Assembly: GCA_043720595.1 (NCBI GenBank)
Contig: JAYSSK010000057.1
Span: 65,381-129,380, forward strand
DNA from: Acidimicrobiia bacterium
GTDB lineage: Bacteria; Actinomycetota; Acidimicrobiia; Acidimicrobiales; JANYDT01
Reading direction: 5' to 3'
DNA: 64,000 nt
The notes beneath the pieces were generated by a model. That model saw only the letters and a program-made list of their open reading frames with translations. It was not told the origin of the DNA and made no database searches. Shown piece by piece: positions 18,827-28,110 of this stretch (position 1 is the stretch's first letter; every line of letters starts with the position of its first letter). The translations under genes and the position numbers were made by a program.

Positions 18827-18857
18827 GCCGGTTTACGCCGGTTTACGCCGGTTTCAC
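18827..18857. repeat. 10-bp tandem repeat, about 3 copies (gccggtttac), spanning the lipid-kinase stop codon
   Basis: The minus strand reads AAACCGGCGTAA ACCGGCGTAA ACCGGC, re-copying the terminal K-P-A-stop codons. Confidence 0.9.
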
Positions 18858-19751
18858 GAGCGACAGGCAGTCCGGCTCGTAGCTGAAGTCGAGCACGTCG
18901 GTATCACCTAAGTAGTCCCCGTCGATCTGCCAAGGAAACGGGCGGTGACCGCGAACGGTGAACCCGTGCAGGCCGTCGAGGCGTGTCACCGAAGACACTT
19001 TTGCGATGTCGCCGCCGCGCACAGCGAGGCTCAAGGCCCGTACGATCGGAACGAGGCCAAGCGACGTCAGTACGACAACCGATAGCGGTGATGCTGTCGT
19101 GGCCGCTGGTGCGAAGGAGATCGGTTTCGGGCCGACGAAGGAGTAGGGGTCGATCTTGATGGCGACGGCAAAAAATCCGTCGACGCGAGTGCGTCCATCG
19201 TTTACCTCGACCGACATCGCCGGACGTTTTCGGTCATATCCGCGGACCCATGTCCTGACGCCTGCATATGCGAACAACGGGTGGCCCAGCCATCGTTTCA
19301 ACGTGCCGAACCGTTCGACGTGTGCCACGACAGCTGCGTCGAACCCCATGCCGACGTGAAAGCAGAAGTATCGACCGTTGACCTTGCCTAGGCCGATGCG
19401 CTGATGCTCGCTTCGTCGCAGACCTGCCAGCAGCTGCTCGGTGGCTGCCTCGGGGTCGTTGGTGAACCCGAGTTGGCGGGCAAACACGTTTGTAGATCCG
19501 CCTGGAAGTACGCCGAGCAACGTGGATGACCCGGCCAAGCCATTCGTGACTTCGTTGACCGTCCCGTCACCCCCGACGGACACGACGACGTCGAATCCAC
19601 GCGCAGCCGCGCCTTGAGCGAAGCGGGTTGCGTGCCCACGGCGGTGGGTTTCGGAAACCTCCAGGTCGTGCTCGGCGCTGATGGCGTTCTGGATCACCAC
19701 TCTGTTGCGAGCGGTGACTCCCGAAGCCGATGGGTTGATGATCATCAGCAC
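18843..19751 (-). CDS. diacylglycerol-kinase-family lipid kinase (YegS/DagK-like)
   Basis: Motifs IINPSASG, VVVSVGGDGTVNEV and GVLPGGSTNVFAR. Confidence 0.9.
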   Translation of the reverse strand: MLMIINPSASGVTARNRVVIQNAISAEHDLEVSETHRRGHATRFAQGAAARGFDVVVSVGGDGTVNEVTNGLAGSSTLLGVLPGGSTNVFARQLGFTNDPEAATEQLLAGLRRSEHQRIGLGKVNGRYFCFHVGMGFDAAVVAHVERFGTLKRWLGHPLFAYAGVRTWVRGYDRKRPAMSVEVNDGRTRVDGFFAVAIKIDPYSFVGPKPISFAPAATTASPLSVVVLTSLGLVPIVRALSLAVRGGDIAKVSSVTRLDGLHGFTVRGHRPFPWQIDGDYLGDTDVLDFSYEPDCLSLVKPA

Positions 19752-19936
19752 CCGTCGGCGCGCGTGTTGGCTACCTACGGGTTGCAGACGACGTGGCTCG
19801 GGCGCGGCCGAGTGGTGAGCGGAGGGGGTGTCGCGATCGATCTCATGAGGTTACGCAGTGCCAGCACTGTGTGGTGTCTGTCACGTTTGCTTGTGCGGAT
19901 TTTCACGAGCGGCGAGACCGGTGCGAGACTAGGCCC

Positions 19937-20722
19937 ATGTCTCTGAATGTTGCTGTATGCGTGAAGCAGATCCCCGACCCCGCAACCCCGGGTTCGCTCA
20001 GCCTCGCCGACCATACGCTGGTCCGTGAAGGCAAGCTCATCCTCGACGATTCTGATGCCTACGGTGTCGAGATGGCGTTGCGCCTGGTCGAGGCTGCTGG
20101 CGGCGGCGAGGTCACGCTCGTCTCGATGGCACCGAACTCCGAACAGAGCGGTCTGCGTACCGGCCTTGCGATGGGCGCTCACAAGGCAATCTTGGTCAGC
20201 GACCCAGCGCTGAGGGGAAGCGATGCACTCGGCACGGCAAAAGTTCTGGCTGCGGCAATCAAGCGGGTCAACGCAGACCTGGTGATCACCGCCACCGAGT
20301 CGACCGACGGATACACCGGCACCACGCCAGTTCAGATCGCCGAGCTGATGGGCCTCCCCAGCGTCACGTTCGCCAAGAAGCTCACGGTCAATGGTTCGTC
20401 GCTCTCTGTCGACCGCCAGACCGAGGCCGGATACGACGAGGTCACCACTCCATTGCCGGCACTGGTTTCAGTCACCGCCGGTGTTGTCGAGGTTCGCTAC
20501 CCGTCATTCAAGGGAATCATGGCAGCCAAGGGCAAGCCACTCGAAGAGCTCACGGTTGCCGCTCTCGGCATCGATGCATCGTCAGTCGGTTGGGCCGGCT
20601 CCGGTCAGCAAGTTGTCTCCGTCACCGATTCCGAAACCCGCCAGGCCGGCGAGGTCATCGAAGACGATGGTGAATCGCATCACCGCATCGTTGCCTTCCT
20701 TGACCAGCTCAAGGTCCTCTGA
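19937..20722 (+). CDS. etfB: electron transfer flavoprotein beta subunit
   Basis: MSLNVAVCVKQIPDP..., DAYGVEMALRL and TESTDGYTGTTPVQIAELMGLP. Confidence 0.92.
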   Translation: MSLNVAVCVKQIPDPATPGSLSLADHTLVREGKLILDDSDAYGVEMALRLVEAAGGGEVTLVSMAPNSEQSGLRTGLAMGAHKAILVSDPALRGSDALGTAKVLAAAIKRVNADLVITATESTDGYTGTTPVQIAELMGLPSVTFAKKLTVNGSSLSVDRQTEAGYDEVTTPLPALVSVTAGVVEVRYPSFKGIMAAKGKPLEELTVAALGIDASSVGWAGSGQQVVSVTDSETRQAGEVIEDDGESHHRIVAFLDQLKVL

Positions 20723-20773
20723 GCATCAGCTCGACCCGTCGACATTCCTGACTCGAAATCCCTGAACCACACC

Positions 20774-20806
20774 CGAACGACCTTACGAACGACCTTACGA
20801 ACGACG
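20774..20806. repeat. 12-bp tandem repeat, about 2.7 copies (cgaacgacctta), in the etfB-etfA spacer
   Basis: Read directly from the sequence. Confidence 0.9.
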
Positions 20807-20830
20807 CAGAACGAGAGAAACGAAAACATC

Positions 20831-21796
20831 ATGGCAATTTCCAAGATCTGGGTGTTCGCCGAGGCAGTCAACGGCAAAGTTGCGACCTCCACCCTTGAGC
20901 TGCTCACCGCGGCACGTGCAACCGGCGCAACCGTCGAGGCGTTCATCGTCGGCGACGGGGCAGCCGTTGCAACCGAATTGGGTGCTTTCGGCGCATCCAA
21001 GGTGTACGCCACAGGCGACGTCGGCGGAGCGCTCACGTCCATCCCTGCAGCAACTGCGATGGCGACGTTGGTGGCTGGGGGCAATGTGCCTGACGCAATC
21101 TTGCTTGCCCAGACCTACGAAGGCCGCGACACCGCTGGCCGTCTGTCGGCCAAGTTGGACAAGACCGTGCTCACCAACGCAGTCGGCTTCACGGTCGATG
21201 GCGACAATGTCACGGTTGAACACGCCGTGTTCGGCGGGGCAAAAACGCTGAAGGCATCGTTCACCGCCGGCGGTCCGTTCCTGGTGATGGTGCGCCCGAA
21301 GTCCTTCGCTGCAGAGTCAGCCGGCGGAGCTCCGGCAGCTGTCGAAGCCGTTGCTGTCCCCGATGCTGGCGCAACCGGCGGTGCTGCGATCATTAATCGT
21401 CATGCAGAAGAGCGCACGGGCCCTTCGCTTGACGAGGCGGCAGTCGTGGTCTCCGGCGGTCGCGGCCTCGGCGAAGCTGCCAAGTACCAGATGATCGAAG
21501 ATCTGGCCAAGCTTCTGAAAGGTGCGCCAGGCGCATCGCGTGCCATCGTCGACGCGGGCTGGGTGCCGTACTCGTACCAGGTGGGCCAGACCGGCAAGAC
21601 CGTGAAACCGGCGGTGTACATCGCTGCTGGTATCTCGGGTGCAACGCAGCACATGGTCGGCATGAAGGGTGCAAAGACCATTATTGCCATCAACAAGGAC
21701 AAGGAAGCCCCCATCTTCGGCATTGCCGACCTTGGCATTGTCGGCGACGTCCACAAGGTGCTGCCAAAACTCATCGAGGCGTTGCAAGCCCGCTGA
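20831..21796 (+). CDS. etfA: electron transfer flavoprotein alpha subunit
   Basis: FAD-binding C-terminus VVSGGRGLG....SRAIVDAGW......VGQTGKTVKPAVYIAAGISGATQHMVGM. Confidence 0.95.
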   Translation: MAISKIWVFAEAVNGKVATSTLELLTAARATGATVEAFIVGDGAAVATELGAFGASKVYATGDVGGALTSIPAATAMATLVAGGNVPDAILLAQTYEGRDTAGRLSAKLDKTVLTNAVGFTVDGDNVTVEHAVFGGAKTLKASFTAGGPFLVMVRPKSFAAESAGGAPAAVEAVAVPDAGATGGAAIINRHAEERTGPSLDEAAVVVSGGRGLGEAAKYQMIEDLAKLLKGAPGASRAIVDAGWVPYSYQVGQTGKTVKPAVYIAAGISGATQHMVGMKGAKTIIAINKDKEAPIFGIADLGIVGDVHKVLPKLIEALQAR

Positions 21797-21847
21797 ATAG
21801 CCAGCTCGGCGTAACCAGTTCGCTTCGTCGCCGGGTAGTTTCGCGAC

Positions 21848-22324
21848 GTGGCGAACTTCAACGTGCTCGTGGTGGCGGCAGCTGAGCAAGCCCCCGGTGA
21901 GGCTGACTTGCAAGCACGGCTGATCAGCCTTCTGGAAGCAGATCATCAGGTCAATGCGTTGGCCGTCAGGCTGCCGCGCGCCGAGGCCATGCTCGCCCCT
22001 CGGTTGATTGGCCTATGGGACCGATTGGTGTTTATCGGCACAACCGCTTCTCCTTCTGTGCCGCTCGACGTCGCTGTGATCCAACATCAAGCGCAGCTGC
22101 TCGATGCCCTCCCGCCGCTCGTCGTTGTGGGCCGCGCCGCCGACCTGTGGCCAGGGTGGTCGCTGTTTCAGACCGTCATCGGCCGCCCGGGCGGTGCCCA
22201 GTCCATCGACCCGACGCAGGCCGATGCCGTCCAGCGTGTTGTCACCGCAATGCAATTGCAGCACTCCGACTCTGGCAATCGTGTGCCCACGTGGGAGAAC
22301 GCGGCCATCCGTTCTGATGTATGA
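21848..22324 (+). CDS. hypothetical protein
   Basis: 158-aa ORF with a GTG start, directly downstream of etfA. No recognisable motif. Coding status uncertain. Confidence 0.4.
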   Translation: MANFNVLVVAAAEQAPGEADLQARLISLLEADHQVNALAVRLPRAEAMLAPRLIGLWDRLVFIGTTASPSVPLDVAVIQHQAQLLDALPPLVVVGRAADLWPGWSLFQTVIGRPGGAQSIDPTQADAVQRVVTAMQLQHSDSGNRVPTWENAAIRSDV

Positions 22325-22437
22325 CGGCTGAGCCCCTGTTCGAACGACATGGGATGCCTTGAAACGGCGTCTCGTGCGAGGCCGGTCGCTGAAAACCGAC
22401 GACCGAGTAACGGGCGAGTTCCGGAACAGTCGCATCG

Positions 22438-22459
22438 CTGCGCGTTCTCTGCGCGTTCT
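22438..22459. repeat. 11-bp tandem duplication (ctgcgcgttct x2), intergenic
   Basis: Read directly from the sequence. Confidence 0.85.
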
Positions 22460-22548
22460 CCCGTAGGTCATTCCCATCGGCCATTCGGGCTGCTTAGGTG
22501 GTTCCCAGACAAGGCGTTCACCACTTCACACGAAGGAAAGAGGTTGAT

Positions 22549-23412
22549 ATGTCTACTTACAGTGTTACTTCGGTTCTTTACGATCGGCTCAAACAAGATC
22601 AGCGAATCAGCCTCTGCATTCCTGCTCGCAACGAAGCAGAAACGATTGGGTGTTTGCTTCGAAACCTGTTCGAACACCGAGTCATTACTGACGGGCTCAT
22701 CGACGAGGTCATCGTCATCGACGACCGGTCAGACGATGACACTGCCCTCATCGCTGCAAAGTGCGGCGCAACTGTTTGGTCGTCCGCTGACTGGATGGGG
22801 CGCTTTGGTCCAAGCCGCGGCAAGGGCGACGCGATGTGGCGATCTGTCGCAGCCAGCACCGGCGAGATCATTTTGTGGTGCGATGCCGACCTGTCGGAGT
22901 TCGATCCGGCGATGATGTGGGAGCTATTGCGGCCGATGCTGCTCGACGACGAACTGTTGTTGGTCAAGGGCTACTTCGACCGCAACGCGCAAGGGTCGGT
23001 CGGTGGTGGTCGGGTTACTGAGCTAGCAGCCCGCCCGCTGCTGTCGATCCTGTTTCCCGACCTTGCGGGCATTCGCCAGCCACTTTCGGGAATGGCTGCC
23101 ATCCGTCGGTCTGCTGCGGAAGCCCTTTCGTTCGAAGCTGACTACGGCGTCGATGTAGGGCTGCTCATAGGGATGTACCAACGCTTCGGCCGGGACTCGA
23201 TCGGCGAAGCTGATCTTGGTCCTATCGAGCACCGGCATCGCCCTCTGCATGAACTCGGTGCGATGGCAGCATCGGTGCAGCGGGCCATCTTGCGGAGGGC
23301 AGGGGTGCTTGAGGACAAGCAGACCATGTTGTCGCCGCCCGTTCGCCCATCGTTGGAGACGGTCGCTGGCTATCGGCGAGCACGTCACCGTTCGTTGGTA
23401 CGTCCGGCTTAA
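22549..23412 (+). CDS. gpgS: glucosyl-3-phosphoglycerate synthase-like GT-A glycosyltransferase
   Basis: Motifs ISLCIPARNEAETIG, VIVIDDRSDDDT, RGKGDAMW, WCDADL, GGGRVTEL and the YGVD.GLL pattern fit the GT81 GpgS family. GGAAAGAGG lies 6 nt upstream of the ATG. Confidence 0.75.
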   Translation: MSTYSVTSVLYDRLKQDQRISLCIPARNEAETIGCLLRNLFEHRVITDGLIDEVIVIDDRSDDDTALIAAKCGATVWSSADWMGRFGPSRGKGDAMWRSVAASTGEIILWCDADLSEFDPAMMWELLRPMLLDDELLLVKGYFDRNAQGSVGGGRVTELAARPLLSILFPDLAGIRQPLSGMAAIRRSAAEALSFEADYGVDVGLLIGMYQRFGRDSIGEADLGPIEHRHRPLHELGAMAASVQRAILRRAGVLEDKQTMLSPPVRPSLETVAGYRRARHRSLVRPA

Positions 23413-23617
23413 CAGCTGACCCGACTTGGGTTGGTCAGCAGCTGGTTTGACCGTCCTTTGGGTGAGTGGGTGTGTTCAGCGTGTCCGGGCGTGTTCAGCA
23501 ATGGCTGCTGGAGACAACCAGACACGCCGGGCGCGCCCACTTCACCGCTCGCTACTACGAACAACTTCAGAAGTGGGGCTTGCCAAGGCGGGTACCTATC
23601 TGTCATGGTATTGGGCG

Positions 23618-23720
23618 ATGAACGCCAAAACCGCCATCATTTTTGTAGTAACCACGTAGCGCGCTGCGTTACATAGCGGTGCGCACCCAACCTCCGGCCT
23701 GGCCGGGGGTTTTTTGTTTT
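23618..23720 (+). promoter_or_regulatory. ilvB leader-peptide attenuator (13-codon leader MNAKTAIIFVVTT plus terminator)
   Basis: The short ORF 23618-23659 is rich in Ile and Val (IIFVV). It is followed by alternative pairings and a GC stem plus T6GT4 tract ending 58 nt before the ilvB ATG. Confidence 0.65.
23691..23720 (+). terminator. intrinsic terminator of the ilvB attenuator
   Basis: cctccgg-cctgg-ccggggg gives a 7-8 bp GC-rich stem, followed by ttttttgtttt. Confidence 0.65.
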
Positions 23721-23777
23721 CCTCGTAGAATTTCTGTTCCCAACCATCCGTCTCCAGCCAGCTAGGACCTTTTCGAC

Positions 23778-25538
23778 ATGAAGCTCACCGGCGCCCAAGC
23801 CCTCATCAAGAGCCTCGAAATGTGCGACACCGAGGTGATCTTCGGTCTGCCCGGCGGGTGCATTCTCCCCGCCTACGACCCGCTTCTCGAGTCCAGCATT
23901 CGCCACATCCTCGTGCGTCACGAGCAAGGCGCCGGCCATATGGCCGAAGGCTATGCACATGTCACTGGTCGGCCTGGTGTGGCCATGGTGACGTCGGGTC
24001 CTGCAGCCACCAACATGGTCACCCCGCTATGCGACGCCTACATGGACTCGGTCCCAATGGTCTGCATCACCGGGCAGGTCTCGCGTCCGGCCATCGGCAC
24101 CGATGCGTTCCAGGAGTGCGACACCGTCGGCATCACGCGGTCGGTCACCAAACACAACGAGCTCATCATGAGCGCGCAGGACATCCCTCGCCTCGTGAAG
24201 GAAGCGTTCTACCTGGCAACCACCGGCCGCCCAGGCCCCGTGCTGTTGGACCTGCCGAAGGACGTGCTGCAAGAGTCGATGGACTGGTACTGGCCAGACG
24301 CCGTGGATCTCGCCGGCTACCACCCAGTCACTGAGCCAGACCCCATCAGCATCCGTCGTGCCGCCGAGATGATCCTTGCCTCGCACCAGCCCATCTTGTA
24401 CATCGGTGGCGGCGTGCTCAAGGCTCGTGCTGCCGAGCCGTTGCGCGAACTGGCCGAGCTGTGTGACATCCACGTTGTCACCACGCTGATGGCTCGCGGT
24501 GCGTTCCCAGACAGCCACAAGCTGGCGCTCGGAATGCCTGGCATGCACGGCAACTTCACGGCCATCCAGTCGCTACAGAAGAGCGACTTGCTCATCAACA
24601 TCGGCGCCCGGTTCGATGATCGCGTCACGGGCAAGGTCTCGGCGTTCGCCCCCAATGCCAAGATCATCCACGCCGACATCGACCCTGCCGAGCACGGCAA
24701 AGTTCGCACCCCAGATGTGTCGCTCATCGGTGACGCTCGTCGTGTTGTCGAAGAGTTGATGCGGGCCATCAAGGACCTCATCAACGGTGGAGCCACATTC
24801 CCCGACCGTGCTGCATGGAAGCAGACCATCAGCGGCTGGCAAGAGAACTTCCCGCTCACCTACGAGGCGTCTCTGCCCGGCAGCACACTCAAGCCGCAGT
24901 TCGTCATGGAGCGTTTGCGTGACCAGGCTCCCACCGGAACCATCCTTGCCTCTGGCGTCGGCCAGCACCAGATGTGGGCCTCGCAGTACTGGAAGTTCGA
25001 AGAGCCCTACACCTGGGTCAACTCGGGTGGCCTTGGCACCATGGGCTTCTCCGTGCCAGCTGCTATCGGAGCCAAGGTTGGTCGGCCAGACAAAACTGTG
25101 TGGGCAGTCGACGGAGACGGTTGCTTCCAGATGACCAACCAGGAACTCACCACGGCGTCCATCGAGAAGATCCCGGTCAAGATCGCCATCTTGAACAACT
25201 CGTGGCTCGGCATGGTGCGCCAGTGGCAGGAGATGTTCTACGACGAGCGCTACTCCGAGACCCTGCTCTCGCCCGAGCTACCAGACTTCGTCAAGTTGTC
25301 CGAGGCAATGGGCTGTGTTGCGTTCCGCGCCGAGTCGCCTGAAGAGGTTGATGCGGTGATCGAAAAGGCCAACGCCATTAACGACCGTCCGGTGGTTGTG
25401 GACTTCCGCACCGACGAGACCGAAAAGGTCTTCCCGATGGTGCCTGCTGGTTTCAGCAACGACGACCTCGAGGTGCACGCCTCGTTGTCCGACCGTCTCG
25501 CTAAAGAACGTGCCCGCTGGATCAGCGGCAATCGATAG
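23778..25538 (+). CDS. ilvB: acetolactate synthase large subunit
   Basis: ThDP enzyme motifs: MKLTGAQALIKSLE, GGCILPAYD, HEQGAGHMAEGYA and GLGTMGFSVPAAIGAK...DGDGCFQMTNQEL. Confidence 0.95.
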   Translation: MKLTGAQALIKSLEMCDTEVIFGLPGGCILPAYDPLLESSIRHILVRHEQGAGHMAEGYAHVTGRPGVAMVTSGPAATNMVTPLCDAYMDSVPMVCITGQVSRPAIGTDAFQECDTVGITRSVTKHNELIMSAQDIPRLVKEAFYLATTGRPGPVLLDLPKDVLQESMDWYWPDAVDLAGYHPVTEPDPISIRRAAEMILASHQPILYIGGGVLKARAAEPLRELAELCDIHVVTTLMARGAFPDSHKLALGMPGMHGNFTAIQSLQKSDLLINIGARFDDRVTGKVSAFAPNAKIIHADIDPAEHGKVRTPDVSLIGDARRVVEELMRAIKDLINGGATFPDRAAWKQTISGWQENFPLTYEASLPGSTLKPQFVMERLRDQAPTGTILASGVGQHQMWASQYWKFEEPYTWVNSGGLGTMGFSVPAAIGAKVGRPDKTVWAVDGDGCFQMTNQELTTASIEKIPVKIAILNNSWLGMVRQWQEMFYDERYSETLLSPELPDFVKLSEAMGCVAFRAESPEEVDAVIEKANAINDRPVVVDFRTDETEKVFPMVPAGFSNDDLEVHASLSDRLAKERARWISGNR

Positions 25539-25548
25539 GAACATGATC

Positions 25549-26070
25549 ATGCCCGCACATCACACACTGACCGTTCTGGTCGAGAACAAGTTCGGCGTCC
25601 TGGCCCGTGTCGCCTCGCTTATTTCTCGTCGCGGTTACAACATCGTGTCGCTTGCTGTCGCTCCCACAGACGACGTGCGCACGTCACGCATCACCATCGT
25701 TGTCGACGCCGACGAGACGCCGATGGAACAGATCGTCAAGCAGCTCACCAAGCTCATCAACGTGCTCGACATCCGGGAGTTGTCCCCGTCGGAAAGCGTT
25801 ACCCGCGAGATGCTGCTCATCTCTGTGCAGACCCCATCTGATAAGCGTGCAGAGATTGCCGAGCTGGTCAACATCTTCGACGGCAAGATAGTCAACGTTG
25901 GGTTCGATCAGATGACCATCATGCTTGCCGATCCACCCGAGAAGCTTGACGACTTCGAAGACCTGCTGCGCCCTTACGGCATCGTCGAAGTACAGCGCAC
26001 CGGCCAGGTCGCCCTGCCAAAGCTCAGCCGCGAGAGCCCAGGTCTGCGCGCCGTTTCCGACGTCGCGTAA
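25549..26070 (+). CDS. ilvN: acetolactate synthase small (regulatory) subunit
   Basis: ACT domain HTLTVLVENKFGVLARVASLISRRGYNIVSLAV. AGGA lies 8 nt upstream of ATG 25549. An alternative ATG is at 25543. Confidence 0.93.
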   Translation: MPAHHTLTVLVENKFGVLARVASLISRRGYNIVSLAVAPTDDVRTSRITIVVDADETPMEQIVKQLTKLINVLDIRELSPSESVTREMLLISVQTPSDKRAEIAELVNIFDGKIVNVGFDQMTIMLADPPEKLDDFEDLLRPYGIVEVQRTGQVALPKLSRESPGLRAVSDVA

Positions 26071-26085
26071 ATCACCTTGTGCGTT

Positions 26086-26112
26086 GCGTGCAGACTCTTG
26101 AAGTCTGCACGC
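26086..26112 (+). terminator. perfect 11-bp hairpin after ilvN (no T-tract)
   Basis: gcgtgcagact-cttga-agtctgcacgc. It could be a terminator or an RNA-stabilising stem-loop. Confidence 0.4.
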
Positions 26113-26167
26113 AGGGAGTTGTGGTCGAGTTGAAGTTCCCGTTGGACGAGAAGCGGAACGTGATCCG

Positions 26168-27064
26168 ATGACGACGCTTGCTGCTGAAGGAACGCACCAC
26201 GAGGCGTTCGAGGCTCAGGACTGGTTGCTCTATCTCGCCCCTGGCGTGATCTGGGGTATTTCGTTCCTGCTCATCGACGAGGGGCTCAACTCCTATCACC
26301 CGTTCGCAGTCACGTTCGTGCGCATCCTGCTTGGGTGCGTCGCGCTGGGGTTGGTACCAGCTGCTCGTCGACCCGTTGAACGAGCCGACCATGTGCGGGT
26401 CGCTGCGGTCGGCATCACCTGGCTGGCGTTTCCGATGATGCTGTTCCCAATCGCGCAGCAGCACATCGCATCGGGTCTGGCCGGGATGCTGAACGGTTCC
26501 ATCACGATCTTTGCCGCCATAGTTTCTTCAGTGTTGCTTCGCCGATTGCCCGGCCGGGCTCAGCTGTTGGGCCTGCTGGTCGGCGTGGTGGGTGTGGTGC
26601 TGCTGGGCGTTCCATCGTTGAACGAAGGTGGCACTCAGTTCACGTCTGCGCTTCTGGTCGTTGTGGCGTGTGCGTCGTACGGCGTGGCAGTCACACTGGC
26701 CGTTCCGTTGACGCAGAAGTATGGGAGCATGCCGGTGTTCTGGCGTGCGCAATTGGTGTCGGTGGTGCTGACCGCTCCGTTCGGACTTCACGGGTTGAGC
26801 GGCGGCCGGTCGTCGTTCGTTCTTCGGCCCACGCTTGCGCTAGTTGTCCTCGGTGTGATGGGAACCGCTGTTGCGTTCGTGTGCATGACGAAGCTGGGTG
26901 CTCGCGTCGGCAGCACACGCAGCGCGTCGCTCACGTACTTCGAAGCGGTGTTCGCGTTGATCGTGGGGGCAGTGGTCTTGGGCGAGCCGGTCATCGCCAT
27001 CGAGGTAGCTGGTTGCGCCGTACTGCTACTCGGCGCCTGGTTGTCATCGCGAGCCGGCCGCTAA
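26168..27064 (+). CDS. EamA/DMT-family transporter
   Basis: About 10 TM helices in two EamA-like halves. 298 aa. Confidence 0.8.
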   Translation: MTTLAAEGTHHEAFEAQDWLLYLAPGVIWGISFLLIDEGLNSYHPFAVTFVRILLGCVALGLVPAARRPVERADHVRVAAVGITWLAFPMMLFPIAQQHIASGLAGMLNGSITIFAAIVSSVLLRRLPGRAQLLGLLVGVVGVVLLGVPSLNEGGTQFTSALLVVVACASYGVAVTLAVPLTQKYGSMPVFWRAQLVSVVLTAPFGLHGLSGGRSSFVLRPTLALVVLGVMGTAVAFVCMTKLGARVGSTRSASLTYFEAVFALIVGAVVLGEPVIAIEVAGCAVLLLGAWLSSRAGR

Positions 27065-27204
27065 GCTATTCGTCGGTTCGGTCTGTTTGCCAGAGACATC
27101 GTGCCCCGCTGACGTCGCGGTACTCCGGCACGTTCGCGGTATTTGTGCATGCTGCCTGAGGTCCGCGAACGCGCGTGAGTGCCGCGAAGTCCCCGCACGG
27201 GTAG

Positions 27205-27678
27205 CTACTTGATCAGTCTGTAGGCGCCCCGGCTGACGGTGAAACCCTTCTTCGGCCCAGACGTGGTGACACAGCTGACGCCCGCAGCGGCCGACGTGCA
27301 GGTGATCCGCCCGAGTTTGGCTGTCTTGCCGTAGGCCAACACCGTGCATCCGTCCGCAACACACAGCGGGCCGATGTCCCCCCGGCACCCACCTACCCCA
27401 GCGCTGTTGGTGACCTTGGTTCCAACCATCTTGGAAGACAGGTAGGCCTCGGATGCAACCCAGTCGAGTTCACAATCGCTTGGACGTTTCGGTGGGTTCT
27501 TCCATGTGGCTTGCTCCACCAGACAGTCCGCAACCACTTCGTTGTCCAGCTCATACAACAGACAGTCGATGTTCTTCGAGGGAGTGGTGAATTTGAGATC
27601 AGCTGCCCACACAGTTGTGGTTGAGCTGAGGCCGAGCATGGTGACCGTGAGGAAGATGAGGGAAGCGATCCGTCGCAT
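27205..27678 (-). CDS. secreted cysteine-rich small protein (hypothetical)
   Basis: Signal peptide MRRIASLIFLTVTMLGLSSTTTVWA. The mature part has 8 Cys. Confidence 0.6.
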   Translation of the reverse strand: MRRIASLIFLTVTMLGLSSTTTVWAADLKFTTPSKNIDCLLYELDNEVVADCLVEQATWKNPPKRPSDCELDWVASEAYLSSKMVGTKVTNSAGVGGCRGDIGPLCVADGCTVLAYGKTAKLGRITCTSAAAGVSCVTTSGPKKGFTVSRGAYRLIK

Positions 27679-28110
27679 TCGTGGATCGTACTTGCCGGAT
27701 AATAGTTCGAAGGTGTCAGTTCTGCTCGTGCACGAGCTTGCCGACTATGTCGGGTCAGCAACGACTCCATGATGTGACGTGATGGCTCGTTGCAGATGGG
27801 TCCGAGATGACAGGACGAATTCCGTGAACGTCGCCGCCGTGGTCTGAGACAAGTCGATCGTTGCGCGGTGAGGCGGCAGTTCATCGGCGGTTGCGGAGTT
27901 GATGGCGTCGGAACCGGACCGACGATTCGACCCTTTAGCGGGTTCGACTATTGGGTTGGGGCCCGAGGACGACGCACGGTCGATACGGGCGGCGGCACCG
28001 AGGTCGCATGTCAGTCAAGGTCCTAGCAGGCTCGAATCCATTCACTTGGTTGCGTCAAGATCGCTGTGCAGACCTGGCTTGCGCAGACTCCACCAAGGTA
28101 GGTTCAGCCA

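Noticed and set aside
23426-23659. 77-aa ORF upstream of ilvB
   Set aside because: Only its last 13 codons (from ATG 23618) make sense, as a BCAA-rich leader peptide. The rest has no coding signal.
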